DNA from: Giardia intestinalis
Lineage: Eukaryota
Reading direction: 5' to 3' (one strand)
NCBI GenBank assembly: GCA_000002435.2
Contig: CM018792.1
DNA length: 64,000 nt
The notes below the pieces were generated by a model. That model made no database searches, was not told where the DNA came from, and saw only the letters and a list, made by a program, of their open reading frames with translations. Positions 1 through 10,628 of this stretch are shown here, one piece after another (the stretch's first letter is position 1; each line of letters begins with the position of its first letter). The position numbers and the translations under genes are program-made.

Positions 1-2008
1 GCCGCTAACAGATGTCCTTACGCGGTATCGCTCTCTCAATAGCGGCGCATTCCCGGCTATACCATACTACTATTTGAAACTTCTTGTGAGGAGATTGCTA
101 CGGGCTATCCATCATTGCCATCAAAGCGGAGTCGCTCATCTGGATATAAAACCGGACAATATCCACATAGAGAGCCCCACGCGTTTGACACTGGTAGATT
201 ACGGGCAGTCATATACTATCCACGAGGGCGTATCAGACGACCCTTGGCTGGATTCACGCATTGGAGCCATGGCGTTCCTTCCCCCAGAAGTCCTAACATC
301 GTCTACACTTTACACAACTAGTTATTTGAACCTAAAGAATCTAGTATCATCGTTTTCCTTAGACCCATCTCTTACTCCCAATTGTCAATCTGCTCAATCA
401 CAGCAAGCCTTGAGAACTCCCCGCAGAACGCCAACACTAACCGATGTAAAAGAGCAAAATCTGCCACAGCACAAGTCACCCCACGTTAAGAGCAAAGGCA
501 GTAAACAAGTAAGCCAGTCAAGGGACTCATCGTCATCAGACAGCAAGAAATCTACGTCTGCACCTACCAGATCTGCGTCAGTATCGGTTTCATATACCCC
601 AATGCATCACATCAGTACTCTATTTCTGAAGGACTGCACCCTTTATCATGACAAAGGCCGCGTTCAAGCTACGGGAGCTCGCTTTCGCCTGTGGATGGAT
701 GCGATTCTTAGAATGCGGATGTTCACAAAGTTTGACCGGCCACAAACGCCGCCTTTTTGTGTTTCCTTTGAAAATGGATCTGTGAAGCTCAACGCAATTG
801 ATATCCGAGACATCATTGAGATATCTGAAGCGTTGAATGACAGCGTAGCTAAGTACAACATTGTTGATCCGAAGGCTGCCGTCACAGACTCTTCGGCTAA
901 CACTTTTCCGTTGGCGAGTGACTTACTGGAGATAGGAATAAAGTTAGGCATTCCAGATCTTAAAGGAACGACATTGCATGTTTTCAATTCAAAATTAGCC
1001 ATTGATAGTTGGGCCGCCGGCCTAGTTCTTCTTATCTGTATAATTGGTGATTATCCTTTTCGAGATGTGAGCACCTTTGAGATTGTCCCATCTGTGCAAC
1101 TAATGGCAGAGGCTATCAGACAACAGCTGGACAGTACACTAGAGGTGATCTCGCAGGGGAACTTTGAGAAGTACAGGCTATACTTGAGGACCTTAAACGA
1201 TAAGGCTAGCTGTGATCTGTGCGGAAAGTGTGCATTGTGCCTCATGGAGAAGAGCTTCTGCAATCAGCAGCTGCGAAGGAACATAACTAAATTTTGCCGT
1301 AAGCCAGTACCGCTGCCAGACTCCTTCACTGTATCCCCTAATGGACCCCTCTCATCAGACCTTCACCTGGATCTCTTCCTGCTTATCGCTGGACTTCTGC
1401 ACCCAAATCCGAAGGCACGAATGTCTATTTCCGAGGCTATGGAGTGCCCGTGGCTGGCAAACATTAATGAGTTCACCCTACAGCAACATGAGTACTATAG
1501 TAATGCAACCAATACAGCAATCTTCTCTTCTAATATCCGTTTCCAGGAACTAGCAATCAAGAGTAACAACCAGATGGACCAACTCGGCTCTATGGTGGAC
1601 AAATTTGTCAAGAGTGTCAAGGAATTCCATAAAAGCAGTACCTCTGCCACAGACCCAGAGTATTCGAGGCCCCCGGCTGTGCTCTGCACAAACTCTCTTA
1701 GTAGCAGCTCCCGGCGGGACAGTCTGAGCAAGGCTAAAAACGTTCGTGACGGTCTTCGTTCTGGGGCAATTTCTAGGAAGCACAGCGTAGCTTCTGGGAT
1801 ACCAGAGGTCAATATCAGGACGGCTGGGGCAAGCATCTCTGCAGGTTCTGTCATGTCTTCCATAGTTATAGATGACGCTGATGCGACAGAGAAGCCTTTC
1901 GACTTCGAAGCCTATCAGCAAGGACGGTTAAACTTTGATGTTGATGCTCACAAAATGATATTTGATGAGCCGTGTGGGACAAGTAGCACCGATAGTAGCT
2001 CACTTTGA
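1..2008 (+). CDS. Protein kinase, 5'-partial. The reading frame is open to the window edge and the catalytic C-lobe starts at subdomain VIb. A long Ser-rich C-terminal extension follows.
   Basis: Frame 2 has no stop from nt 2 onward and the track ORF starts at a TTG. Motifs seen: 'VAHLDIKPDNI' (an HRD-like catalytic loop with R->L), 'LVDYGQS' (DFG-like) and 'LPPEV' (APE-like). The N-lobe must lie upstream of the window. Confidence 0.6.
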   Translation, partial: PLTDVLTRYRSLNSGAFPAIPYYYLKLLVRRLLRAIHHCHQSGVAHLDIKPDNIHIESPTRLTLVDYGQSYTIHEGVSDDPWLDSRIGAMAFLPPEVLTSSTLYTTSYLNLKNLVSSFSLDPSLTPNCQSAQSQQALRTPRRTPTLTDVKEQNLPQHKSPHVKSKGSKQVSQSRDSSSSDSKKSTSAPTRSASVSVSYTPMHHISTLFLKDCTLYHDKGRVQATGARFRLWMDAILRMRMFTKFDRPQTPPFCVSFENGSVKLNAIDIRDIIEISEALNDSVAKYNIVDPKAAVTDSSANTFPLASDLLEIGIKLGIPDLKGTTLHVFNSKLAIDSWAAGLVLLICIIGDYPFRDVSTFEIVPSVQLMAEAIRQQLDSTLEVISQGNFEKYRLYLRTLNDKASCDLCGKCALCLMEKSFCNQQLRRNITKFCRKPVPLPDSFTVSPNGPLSSDLHLDLFLLIAGLLHPNPKARMSISEAMECPWLANINEFTLQQHEYYSNATNTAIFSSNIRFQELAIKSNNQMDQLGSMVDKFVKSVKEFHKSSTSATDPEYSRPPAVLCTNSLSSSSRRDSLSKAKNVRDGLRSGAISRKHSVASGIPEVNIRTAGASISAGSVMSSIVIDDADATEKPFDFEAYQQGRLNFDVDAHKMIFDEPCGTSSTDSSSL

Positions 2009-2184
2009 AGTCTAGCCAGGGTTGCGTAAGTTGTTATCTGGTTAGCGCTACCACTTCCTTTATTTGACGTGGGATATCTCAGGCAATTTCTTTTAGAAAA
2101 AGAAAGAAGGCTAAGACACTAGAGCATGTGAAGCAGAGTAGAGATACGTTGTGTAGAGCCGCGCATATCTACGTATAGAATTTC

Positions 2185-3786
2185 ATGCATTCAAATTGTA
2201 TTTCTCTGATCAAAAGGTCCAATCATAAGCAGGATAGACCACGAGCAGGAGTAAAATTTGATCGAAATTTTAAGTCTCTACTTGAGTCCATGGACGACAG
2301 CTGCACCCCCATACAGTTAGTAGACGTTGTTTCACCCACACTACAGGGAGAGGAAAGAACAGATAAGGACAGAATTATGGATGTTCCTTCAGAGACGGAA
2401 TCGAAGCAGTCTTATGTGGCCGCTAAGATATCGACCAGATCTCCGAGCTGCGAATCTTCTAAGATGCGGAGACAGAAGGACAGTCATATGCCATCTGTCT
2501 ATGCACAACGGCACCGGTCAACGCCGTCCAGAAGAAAAAGAATGGAACTCTGTGAGCCTGTTGCTTCTCCGCTGCGGATGGTGCTGACCCAGAGTATCTC
2601 GTCACCCGAAGACGCGGTCAATGTGACCACATCTATACTGAAAAAGAATGTGCCAGAAACATCAGACTACGCGTCGATCAACATGAAGAAAGAATCGCTT
2701 AGAAAGCTATTAGAGGAGTTATCTACATCCCCACGCTCAACTGCCAGTGGAGTGCTTTCACCAGGATATCTTCCCGCAGAATCCCTCAGAGTGTCGCCCA
2801 TGAAAAACGATGCCACAGAAACCTCCATTACTGCACAGCAAACCATGAAAACGTCAATTGCATTATCACCTCTATACCCCCACCCAGAGGACAGCAAAGA
2901 ACAAAAGTCCAAATTAGAAGAGTATGTTGCCAGGATTGCAGAGCTGGAAGAAATGCTCCAGCAGCGTGAACTAGAGATGAAGGAACTTATGATGGTTGTT
3001 CTGTCCAATGACCTTTTGAAGACATCATCTGACAGCGACAAAGTGGCAGCTTTAACCGAACAACTGAGGTGTAAAGAGAATGAATTGCGCCAGATGATAG
3101 AGTTTCTAGCCGATGAACAAAAGCGAAAAGAGGACACTAGGGCCATAGCAGTGCAAACAGATCAACATGCTGACCACTTGTCAGCAGAGAAAGACCAGTT
3201 ACATATGGGAGCCTCTAAATGGAACACTGAGAATTTGTGTCCACGTTGTCGTGTCCGCGAACGGGTACTGGAAAATGGCGACAACAATGGTAAATCAGGA
3301 CCTGCTGCCAAAGCAGATAAGAGTTCTTCTAGGGGACCTTCAAAGAAACAAGCAAGAGGAAGCCTCAAGGATGTGCTCCCTCAGGCAAAATCAGTCCCTG
3401 TCCGTAGAACAAAGAGTGTAGCTTCTACTCCCTCACAGATTGCAAAGAGATCCGACCAGTCAAGCAAGAATATACACATATTCAAGCAGTTATTACAATC
3501 TCCGAAGACCGATACGCACGAATTATCTAGTGTCCAAGCATTACCGCTTGCACAGTTTGCCTTGTCTCCACCAACGTCACTAACAAATTCTTCTATTGCA
3601 CACTCACCAGCCGACTCCTATCCACTTGGGGAACAGCTGGCTCCCAGCCAATACTTCCTAAACACGTCTGTGAGTGTTGTTTCAGACACCACCTATACAC
3701 CAGATTTAGGCTCAAAGGCTGACCCATCTACAGCAGACCCCCTATTCGATGCAGTGTTTTCTATTCTCACTGGTATAGCGAAGTAA
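2185..3786 (+). CDS. Hypothetical Ser/Thr-rich protein with a central coiled-coil segment
   Basis: 533-aa ORF with a verified ATG start. A heptad-like E/L/K-rich stretch ('EEYVARIAELEEMLQQRELEMKELMM') is present. No recognisable catalytic motif. Confidence 0.5.
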   Translation: MHSNCISLIKRSNHKQDRPRAGVKFDRNFKSLLESMDDSCTPIQLVDVVSPTLQGEERTDKDRIMDVPSETESKQSYVAAKISTRSPSCESSKMRRQKDSHMPSVYAQRHRSTPSRRKRMELCEPVASPLRMVLTQSISSPEDAVNVTTSILKKNVPETSDYASINMKKESLRKLLEELSTSPRSTASGVLSPGYLPAESLRVSPMKNDATETSITAQQTMKTSIALSPLYPHPEDSKEQKSKLEEYVARIAELEEMLQQRELEMKELMMVVLSNDLLKTSSDSDKVAALTEQLRCKENELRQMIEFLADEQKRKEDTRAIAVQTDQHADHLSAEKDQLHMGASKWNTENLCPRCRVRERVLENGDNNGKSGPAAKADKSSSRGPSKKQARGSLKDVLPQAKSVPVRRTKSVASTPSQIAKRSDQSSKNIHIFKQLLQSPKTDTHELSSVQALPLAQFALSPPTSLTNSSIAHSPADSYPLGEQLAPSQYFLNTSVSVVSDTTYTPDLGSKADPSTADPLFDAVFSILTGIAK

Positions 3787-3787
3787 T

Positions 3788-6700
3788 CTATGCAATTGCT
3801 TTTCCACTCTGGACCTGCTGTTTCAGTAGTACACACTCCCCTCGAACCTGAACCAGCTCACAGGTAAGCGTTGCTATTGTGCTGTGCAATCCCGAAATTT
3901 CATTTTCTATGTCGCTAGTTTCCCGATAATTGCATGGTATGTCGGTATTAACTGCTGCATCTGCTGTTATGGATTGGGGAGGAGGGTTTTGGATGATATC
4001 TGCAACCTGCACTGCCCTTTCTAGTGTCACAACAGCGTTCGGTTTGCTTTCATCAGCAGTGGTGTGATTAGTGTATGGACCAATCGCCGCTGCAGCATCT
4101 GTCAATCGCTCTAGTAGCGCCTCTTCTCGTGCATTGGCTTGCTGAAGAGCCGCCTGCACTTGAGAGAGTTCAGTTGTTGTGCGTTTAAGCTCCTCATTGA
4201 CAACTGTGTACTCATGGCTCAAGGCCTCTACACTCAATGTGCCATCATCCGAGGCTCGTACTGCTCTCAACACTCCTAGTTCTGCCGTGAGCTCTGCAAG
4301 CTTCTTTTTGTAGTCCTCTTCACGGACATTCTGTTCGTTCAATATGGCTGTTGTTTCGTTCATGTTTTCTAGAAGACTCCTATATGCTATTTTGAGAGAG
4401 CCAAGTGCCTCCCTGAGACTTTTTATTTTCGCCTTCGAAGCGGCCAGCTCATCCTGTAATGCATGAATCTTTCCCTCAGGTATATGATTCTCGTGGTTAG
4501 TGCTACTACCGCCATTGCCTGGAATGGTGGATTTCTTCAGCTGAGCGTGCAAAGTCTCTATTAATTTCTGTGCGTCTTGCAGGCGGACCACTAGCTCTTG
4601 TTTCTCCTTCTCTGTCTCGTCCAAGACATCTTGGAGACGTCTCCAAGACGTTTGCATATGCTCTACTTTCTCAGTGAACGAGTCCGATATATCTATGATG
4701 TGCGAACCGCTCTGGGAGACATTGACGGGAGCCTCTTGGCGCAGTTTGGTTTCTGTGGTGTTTGTCCAAACAGTGCTTGGCTTGTCTCTTTCCTCTAGTG
4801 CCAAGGATAGCCGGTTGATCTCCAGCTTGTATCGCTCACTGTCCTGTTGTAGCTCAGTGTTGAGGGACTCTAGGTCATAGATCTTTGTCTTGAGGTCGTT
4901 CGTAGTCGTCAGAAGCTCTTTAACCTCTGCAATCCGGGCAGCTGAAGAACTGCCGTCCAAAAGCTTGTCGTGCAATGTCGATATTTCTCCACGCAGTTGC
5001 TGAATAGTTTCTGATTTGCAACTTAATTCTTCCTCCCTCGTTATAGACTCTGCCGTCAGCTTTGCAATATCGCTATTCTTCACTGTGAGATCCAATGTAA
5101 GCTTTTCGAGTTGCATCTTCTTCTCAGAAAGCAGCTCTTCCACGTGAGCTAGCTTCTCAGATTCCATCTCCAGCTTCTTGAGCGCGTCGCAGAGATCCGT
5201 TTCCTTCTGAGATAGTTCTGCTGAGAGTCTCTTGATATCTCCGTAGCTTGTATTCCTTTCCAGTCTAAGTTGCTCAACTTCCAACTTAAGACTGTTGGTG
5301 GAATTTAGCAAAGCAACTATTTGCGCAGAAAACTTGGTGTTTTCCTCCATTAGAAGCGTGAGATCATTAGATTTTCTATCCAACTGCAAAGTTTTCTGGG
5401 CAAGCATATTTTCTAGCTCTGTGGTCCGACTGCTGGCTCGCTCCATACCATCCTTGGCCTCTTCCAAATCGTGACGCATCTTTGTGTCCATTAATTTAAG
5501 ATTATGTAACAAGTCAGTCTTTTCTGCTAATTCCTTGTGCAGTCGCTCAATCCTGTTTTCGTTTCTTCGTATTTCTGCATCCTTTATCTCTAGCTCGTTC
5601 TGCAATTCGGTTATTTTGGATGTTGAGAACTCAATGCTGTCCGACTTCTGTGTAAGGAGCTCTTTGAGACGCGCGATCTCTGCAGCAGCCTTTTTGAGTA
5701 GCGTCAGCTTAATTCCCAGCTCTTTGGAAACGAGCCCTAGTTCGGCAGTCTTTTCATCTGCACGAAGAGCGTTATCTCCCGCTTCTTTGCGCTTAACTAC
5801 TAACTCAGCAGACTGCTCTACTAAATTCCTTTCGAGACTCTTTGCGTGCTCACTAAGAGTTGCAAACTCTTGCTCAAGAAGTGCCAGCCGTTCATCCTTC
5901 TTATCTAAGCTAGCTGAAAGCATCTTCACCTCGTCAGCAAGCTCTAAAATCTTGCGAGAATCTGCCTCTTTCTGCGTAGTTAGAACAGAGGTCTCCCCCT
6001 TCGATTTGATAAGGTCACATTGAAGATTCAAAAGGTTTGAGGAGATGGCTTCAGCACCAACTGCAGTATAACCATCATCGGATAAAAGCTGGGCTAAAAG
6101 GTCATCCACTTCGTCCTCATCATTATTGGTAGGTGCATGTGAATTCCCAGGCTGTAGATTGGTCTCGCAGCTGAATGATTGAATGGATTGCTCTGCAACG
6201 TTGGCATATGTGCTCTCCTTGCCCTTTGCAAGTAAGATCGTGGATACCTCACTAGTCTTGTGTGTCCTGGACATATTGGTGTGAAGACATACCTTTGGTG
6301 GAAAGTGGTCAGTGTGCTGATTTATGTTTGTAGTGGAGATGGTGCCAACGCCCTGCGAATCTGTCTCTATCGAAAGGTCTTTACCGTAAGAGCCAATGCA
6401 CTGCTGTTTCCGAGTAAGTAAAGAGAAGAGCGATTGCAGCACGGCGGTGGACATAATGTAGGGCTGCAGGTTGCCGCTGGAGTTGATGATTAGTGTTGGA
6501 CATGCCATGCAAAATCCTCTCTCTCGGACCAGTGCATCAACCTCCTGAATATCCTTAGTGTAGCGGACGGCTATGCGCTCTCGAACCAGGCACTCGTCGT
6601 AGGATCGATGAGAAGCAAGTGTTTCTTTAAGCTTCTTACACTCATCTCCCAGCTTCTCCCTATGTTTGCTGAGATCAGAAGAGAGCAAAGCAGTGTACTC

Positions 6701-7018
6701 TGTTAATTGATCTAGGCTAAGATCCTCGGCTGTGTTTAAAAGTTGACGTATTGCTGTGCTTGTGGATGAGGCGTCTGCACCCTTCTTGCAGATAAGTTCG
6801 GGACTGAAATAGATAACCCGATAGCTGTACTTAGTGATATATTGACAAAAAAGGCCGAGAAGGGTGAGATCTTGCACGTATAGCTCGACAAGCATCGCCA
6901 TCTCTAAGATCGGGTCATTGGTGAATAAAGGCCCCGACGGACCGTCCACATTCAGTGGAGTATTCGGCTGAACATCACTTCCATGTGCTTGCTCTGTCCC
7001 TCCCCGAAGCTCGGACAT
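3788..7018 (-). CDS. Large coiled-coil protein with a roughly 300-aa N-terminal globular region, otherwise hypothetical
   Basis: 1076-aa ORF with a verified ATG. More than 600 aa form a continuous heptad-type E/K/L/Q-rich sequence. No enzymatic motifs were found. Confidence 0.55.
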   Translation of the reverse strand: MSELRGGTEQAHGSDVQPNTPLNVDGPSGPLFTNDPILEMAMLVELYVQDLTLLGLFCQYITKYSYRVIYFSPELICKKGADASSTSTAIRQLLNTAEDLSLDQLTEYTALLSSDLSKHREKLGDECKKLKETLASHRSYDECLVRERIAVRYTKDIQEVDALVRERGFCMACPTLIINSSGNLQPYIMSTAVLQSLFSLLTRKQQCIGSYGKDLSIETDSQGVGTISTTNINQHTDHFPPKVCLHTNMSRTHKTSEVSTILLAKGKESTYANVAEQSIQSFSCETNLQPGNSHAPTNNDEDEVDDLLAQLLSDDGYTAVGAEAISSNLLNLQCDLIKSKGETSVLTTQKEADSRKILELADEVKMLSASLDKKDERLALLEQEFATLSEHAKSLERNLVEQSAELVVKRKEAGDNALRADEKTAELGLVSKELGIKLTLLKKAAAEIARLKELLTQKSDSIEFSTSKITELQNELEIKDAEIRRNENRIERLHKELAEKTDLLHNLKLMDTKMRHDLEEAKDGMERASSRTTELENMLAQKTLQLDRKSNDLTLLMEENTKFSAQIVALLNSTNSLKLEVEQLRLERNTSYGDIKRLSAELSQKETDLCDALKKLEMESEKLAHVEELLSEKKMQLEKLTLDLTVKNSDIAKLTAESITREEELSCKSETIQQLRGEISTLHDKLLDGSSSAARIAEVKELLTTTNDLKTKIYDLESLNTELQQDSERYKLEINRLSLALEERDKPSTVWTNTTETKLRQEAPVNVSQSGSHIIDISDSFTEKVEHMQTSWRRLQDVLDETEKEKQELVVRLQDAQKLIETLHAQLKKSTIPGNGGSSTNHENHIPEGKIHALQDELAASKAKIKSLREALGSLKIAYRSLLENMNETTAILNEQNVREEDYKKKLAELTAELGVLRAVRASDDGTLSVEALSHEYTVVNEELKRTTTELSQVQAALQQANAREEALLERLTDAAAAIGPYTNHTTADESKPNAVVTLERAVQVADIIQNPPPQSITADAAVNTDIPCNYRETSDIENEISGLHSTIATLTCELVQVRGECVLLKQQVQSGKAIA

Positions 7019-7131
7019 GGAGGGAGCGGATTTTGAAATTTACAGGAAATATGTTCAGCTATATTAATATTTCTAAGCACAGCTCATTGCCGGCAAGGCT
7101 GAGAAGGCAGGGTTAGTACATTCGCAGAAGG

Positions 7132-7947
7132 CTATATAAGTCGCAGAAAAATATATGTTAGTAGCAGACCATAATCGACTCCTATGATGATATAAGTTAA
7201 TTTCTTGCACCATCGCATCTTCCATTGCCGCTTTCGGGCGTGCTTAAGTATATCTCTTCCTTCCTCAGCGTATCCAACTGCGGTATACACATTTGCATCT
7301 ATTCTATCTAGCACCGTTCCTTGCTCATAGATGAGCTCAGACATCTGGGTGATAATATTTGCTATCTCTGCGATCCCTGTGGTTATGTACGTTATTTCTT
7401 GCTGACGCATTTTGATCTCCTCTGAACTCAACTCCGCCCGTTGATCTGCAAGTGCAGAAATGTTCCTGGCTTGAGATGTTAGGTGAGCACCTTCGTAGGT
7501 CTCGGGAAGAGCCAAGGCTGCCGCATACCGTTGGTGTATGTCACGAAGATTCTGGGTTTCCCTCCGTAGACTCGCAAAGAGGGACCCCACAACTCCTCGC
7601 CGGAGCTCCTCCTCCGCAGGGTTATTCAAAGACTGCGCATTCAGTCCAACAATTCCTGCTTGAAGTGTTTCAATTTGGTCTGTTGCACTCTTGCCCAGTG
7701 TCTTGATCTCGCCTGCGAGAATATCGTTAAAGATGGACCTCTGTCTCTGCCTCTCTTTGTCTTCTATCTTAGTCAGGGTCTGCTGAAGCGTTAGGATATC
7801 AGCACGCAGTTTATTGGCCATCTGCATCCAGACGGGGTCCGCAGGTTCTACAAAAACGTTGTCGTCCTCTAGAGACCCCAAGCGCTCTTTGTGTACCTGC
7901 GACCGTGCGGTCTGAAACTCCGCAGTTAGATCTATGGTCACTGTCAT
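7132..7947 (-). CDS. Syntaxin-like Qa-SNARE with a C-terminal membrane anchor
   Basis: A C-terminal SNARE motif 'IYEQGTVLDRIDANV' (compare the syntaxin motif 'VESQGEMIDRIEYNV', with Q at the zero layer) is followed by the basic stretch 'KHARKRQWKMR' and a hydrophobic anchor 'LTYIIIGVDYGLLLTYIFL'. The ATG start was verified. Confidence 0.7.
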   Translation of the reverse strand: MTVTIDLTAEFQTARSQVHKERLGSLEDDNVFVEPADPVWMQMANKLRADILTLQQTLTKIEDKERQRQRSIFNDILAGEIKTLGKSATDQIETLQAGIVGLNAQSLNNPAEEELRRGVVGSLFASLRRETQNLRDIHQRYAAALALPETYEGAHLTSQARNISALADQRAELSSEEIKMRQQEITYITTGIAEIANIITQMSELIYEQGTVLDRIDANVYTAVGYAEEGRDILKHARKRQWKMRWCKKLTYIIIGVDYGLLLTYIFLRLI

Positions 7948-7979
7948 CTAATTTTTAATAATTCTCAGAGGACTACGTG

Positions 7980-10610
7980 ATGTTTCCGACGCTTACTGCA
8001 GCAGAACTGCGGGTGAACCATGCCTTCGACAAGTTTGAGCGGACAAGGAGCCCAGCAAATGAGCATTACATAAAATCAACAGCGCCGGCTTCGGTACGGC
8101 GGCCCAATAACCCTCATTGGGACATGATTCAAGTGTTTATCCTCGACATGGATCTACTGGACAAGCTTGGGGACGCGCTCTCCATATTTGGAAGGAAAGA
8201 AATACTTCATATTAACATCATGGAGATAAATCTTCAAGAGCCAGGAGTCGTCTATAACCGGGCGCGACGAGTACTTGATCATTTTTACACCCTCTCGACA
8301 GCGGAGTACTCCGCTGCTCTTGAAGTTATGCTAAGCAAGATAGACGATCACTTCAATCAGAGACAAAGTATCCTTCAGAAATTCTGTAAGTGGCTTAATT
8401 CACACACAGAGGGGGCTGGAAAGCTCACATCAATTAATATTAGCAAGCTCTTGCTGGTGTACTCTGTTGACTTGACGCAGCTGAACAGTTACATGCGATC
8501 CAAGGGCCTTCCACCAATAAGCTTCCAGCGGATGTTTGTTGGGTCTAACGTTTTGGCACCATATATTATTTCTAGCGCCATTGTTACATCCTTTGAGCTA
8601 CTCAATGAGCGCTATAGACGACATATGGCAAGCTCCAGTGGAGACTTTCTACTCTCTCCTGAAGACTTTTTGTACGCTTCAAAGGTTGTGGGCAAGGCTA
8701 ACGCAGCCACTTCTGGCTCATCCAGTTCTCCTGGCCATGATTCTGAAAGTGGCTACGTGAATTCTGTCTTGCTTAGTCGCATTTCCGAGCATATAAAGGC
8801 ACGCGAAGGCAGTCTTCTGAATGCTGGCGAAGAGGTGGTTAATTCTATATCTCTCCCGTTGACACTGGCAGACGCTGACACTCAAACAGACGATATTCTT
8901 GGCAGGCTACAAGAGGAGTTGAATACACTTTCGGCCCAGAACGCCACACTATCCCATACGATCGATGAACTAATGAAAAAAGGCGCTAAGGAACAAGCAG
9001 ATGAAACCCTCCATCTTAATAATGCACTTCTAGCAGCAAACGTGGAAATTACAGCATTGAAAAAGCAGCTAATGGATGTGTACACTGAGAAGGGGGAGCA
9101 GACAGCAGAGCTAGAGACATTGCAGATGAATGAGCAACTCTATCGCTCTGATGCGCAGCGTCTGCGAGAGAACTTGACGTCTATGACTAAGCGACTTGAA
9201 GAGGTATCGTATGAAATGAGCTCATTAAAGGAAGATAGCATCTCCACCAATGCTCGCTTAGCGAAAGAGCAACACAACTCTCGCTCACAACAAGATCTTA
9301 TTGAACGGTTGCGGACCGAAATTTTATCTCTAGCGAAAGCAGTTCTTCCTTCTAAAGAATCTCTACCCAATGAGGAGCAAAGTGCGTTTGGAGAAACACT
9401 GGTTACCGTTCTGAAGAACATTACTAAGGAGCACCAGTTACTCAAACAGCATAGTACAGCAATTGAAATGGTCTGTGAAGAGCAGAGAAAGAAGCTGCAA
9501 TATGAAGCTGACCGGAAGAGTGCGCTGATAGACAAGCACGTGGGAGACGACCACGAAGTTTTGCTAGAAATGCAGACAGAATCAAAGCAGCAGTTGGAGA
9601 TAGACAGGCTAAATAAGCTCCTTGTGGATAAAAGCGAAGAGGTGAGTTACTTCAAGCAGATCGTTGAAAACTACAACAGCCAGATCCAGATGGCTGATGC
9701 AGCTAGTAATGCAGAAAACTATCTCCAAGAAATGAAGCTACTCCGGAGCAAGCTCGAAAACGAATACGAAGACGTGCTCAATAGCACTAAAGCTAGCATG
9801 TTGAGCTCAGTCACTGAGTTCACATCACACAAATCTGAGGAAATCTCCAAGCTGAACGAGACTCTGGCTGCAAAGTCCCAAATGCTAGAAGCAACAAAGG
9901 CAAAGCTGAAAGAGGACGAGGAAGAGTTAACGGCACTTCGAGAGGCCCTTGCGGCGGCCCAAGGAGAGGTTTCGCAGCGAGATGAGCTGATAAAGGATCT
10001 TCTAATAAAAACAAGCGAGATAGAGACAGAACAAAGAGATGATGCTCTTAACCAATCGTTTTCCCAACAACGTGCTATATTTGACAGCGAAATAGCCAAC
10101 AGAGATGCCATAATTGCAGAACTGTCTAAGATGCAGAGCATTCCCCCGGCATGGCTGCAAGTGGAAGTTGACATCATCAAGAAGGACACTGCGTCTCTTC
10201 TAACCTATATAGATACGTGTGATTTTAGCAAAGTAACAGAAGATAAAAGCAACATCTCCAGACATTTGTCAAGCGTTATATCAAGCATTGCAATCCTTCA
10301 ACAAAGACTCGAAGCGTCCAGCCGCACGGCAACTGCAATCAGCGACACTGGTCTTCAAATGGCGGACAACCCAGAAAGCTTTGAGGCTTCCGAGCAAGAT
10401 AACCAGGAGTCGTTTGGAGTGGTGAGGTTCCAGTTAGCCACCAATACACAGCTGGCCAAAACTGCGGTCCATATTAACGACGACAATGTAAGAGCTCCCA
10501 GCAGCTTGGCCAGCACTGCAAAGAGCTTTGACGATTACGTTGAGATCTCTGAGGAAGACGAAGCAGCTAGAGGCCTCTCTGGGTCCTCAGCAGCAGCTAG
10601 TGCAGAATAG
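7980..10610 (+). CDS. Coiled-coil protein, hypothetical
   Basis: The track ORF starts at a GTG at 7977 and the first ATG is at 7980. An N-terminal domain of about 300 aa is followed by long heptad-repeat segments. Confidence 0.5.
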   Translation: MFPTLTAAELRVNHAFDKFERTRSPANEHYIKSTAPASVRRPNNPHWDMIQVFILDMDLLDKLGDALSIFGRKEILHINIMEINLQEPGVVYNRARRVLDHFYTLSTAEYSAALEVMLSKIDDHFNQRQSILQKFCKWLNSHTEGAGKLTSINISKLLLVYSVDLTQLNSYMRSKGLPPISFQRMFVGSNVLAPYIISSAIVTSFELLNERYRRHMASSSGDFLLSPEDFLYASKVVGKANAATSGSSSSPGHDSESGYVNSVLLSRISEHIKAREGSLLNAGEEVVNSISLPLTLADADTQTDDILGRLQEELNTLSAQNATLSHTIDELMKKGAKEQADETLHLNNALLAANVEITALKKQLMDVYTEKGEQTAELETLQMNEQLYRSDAQRLRENLTSMTKRLEEVSYEMSSLKEDSISTNARLAKEQHNSRSQQDLIERLRTEILSLAKAVLPSKESLPNEEQSAFGETLVTVLKNITKEHQLLKQHSTAIEMVCEEQRKKLQYEADRKSALIDKHVGDDHEVLLEMQTESKQQLEIDRLNKLLVDKSEEVSYFKQIVENYNSQIQMADAASNAENYLQEMKLLRSKLENEYEDVLNSTKASMLSSVTEFTSHKSEEISKLNETLAAKSQMLEATKAKLKEDEEELTALREALAAAQGEVSQRDELIKDLLIKTSEIETEQRDDALNQSFSQQRAIFDSEIANRDAIIAELSKMQSIPPAWLQVEVDIIKKDTASLLTYIDTCDFSKVTEDKSNISRHLSSVISSIAILQQRLEASSRTATAISDTGLQMADNPESFEASEQDNQESFGVVRFQLATNTQLAKTAVHINDDNVRAPSSLASTAKSFDDYVEISEEDEAARGLSGSSAAASAE

Positions 10611-10628
10611 AGGAAAATTAGAAATGCA

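Noticed and set aside
5484-6023. A 179-aa plus-strand ORF inside the coiled-coil gene, with similar antisense ORFs at 9719..10189 -, 16265..16876 -, 14830..15186 - and 12094..12495 +
   Set aside because: They are antisense to long coiled-coil genes. Their translations are Ser/Leu-rich and featureless. The codon periodicity follows the sense gene.
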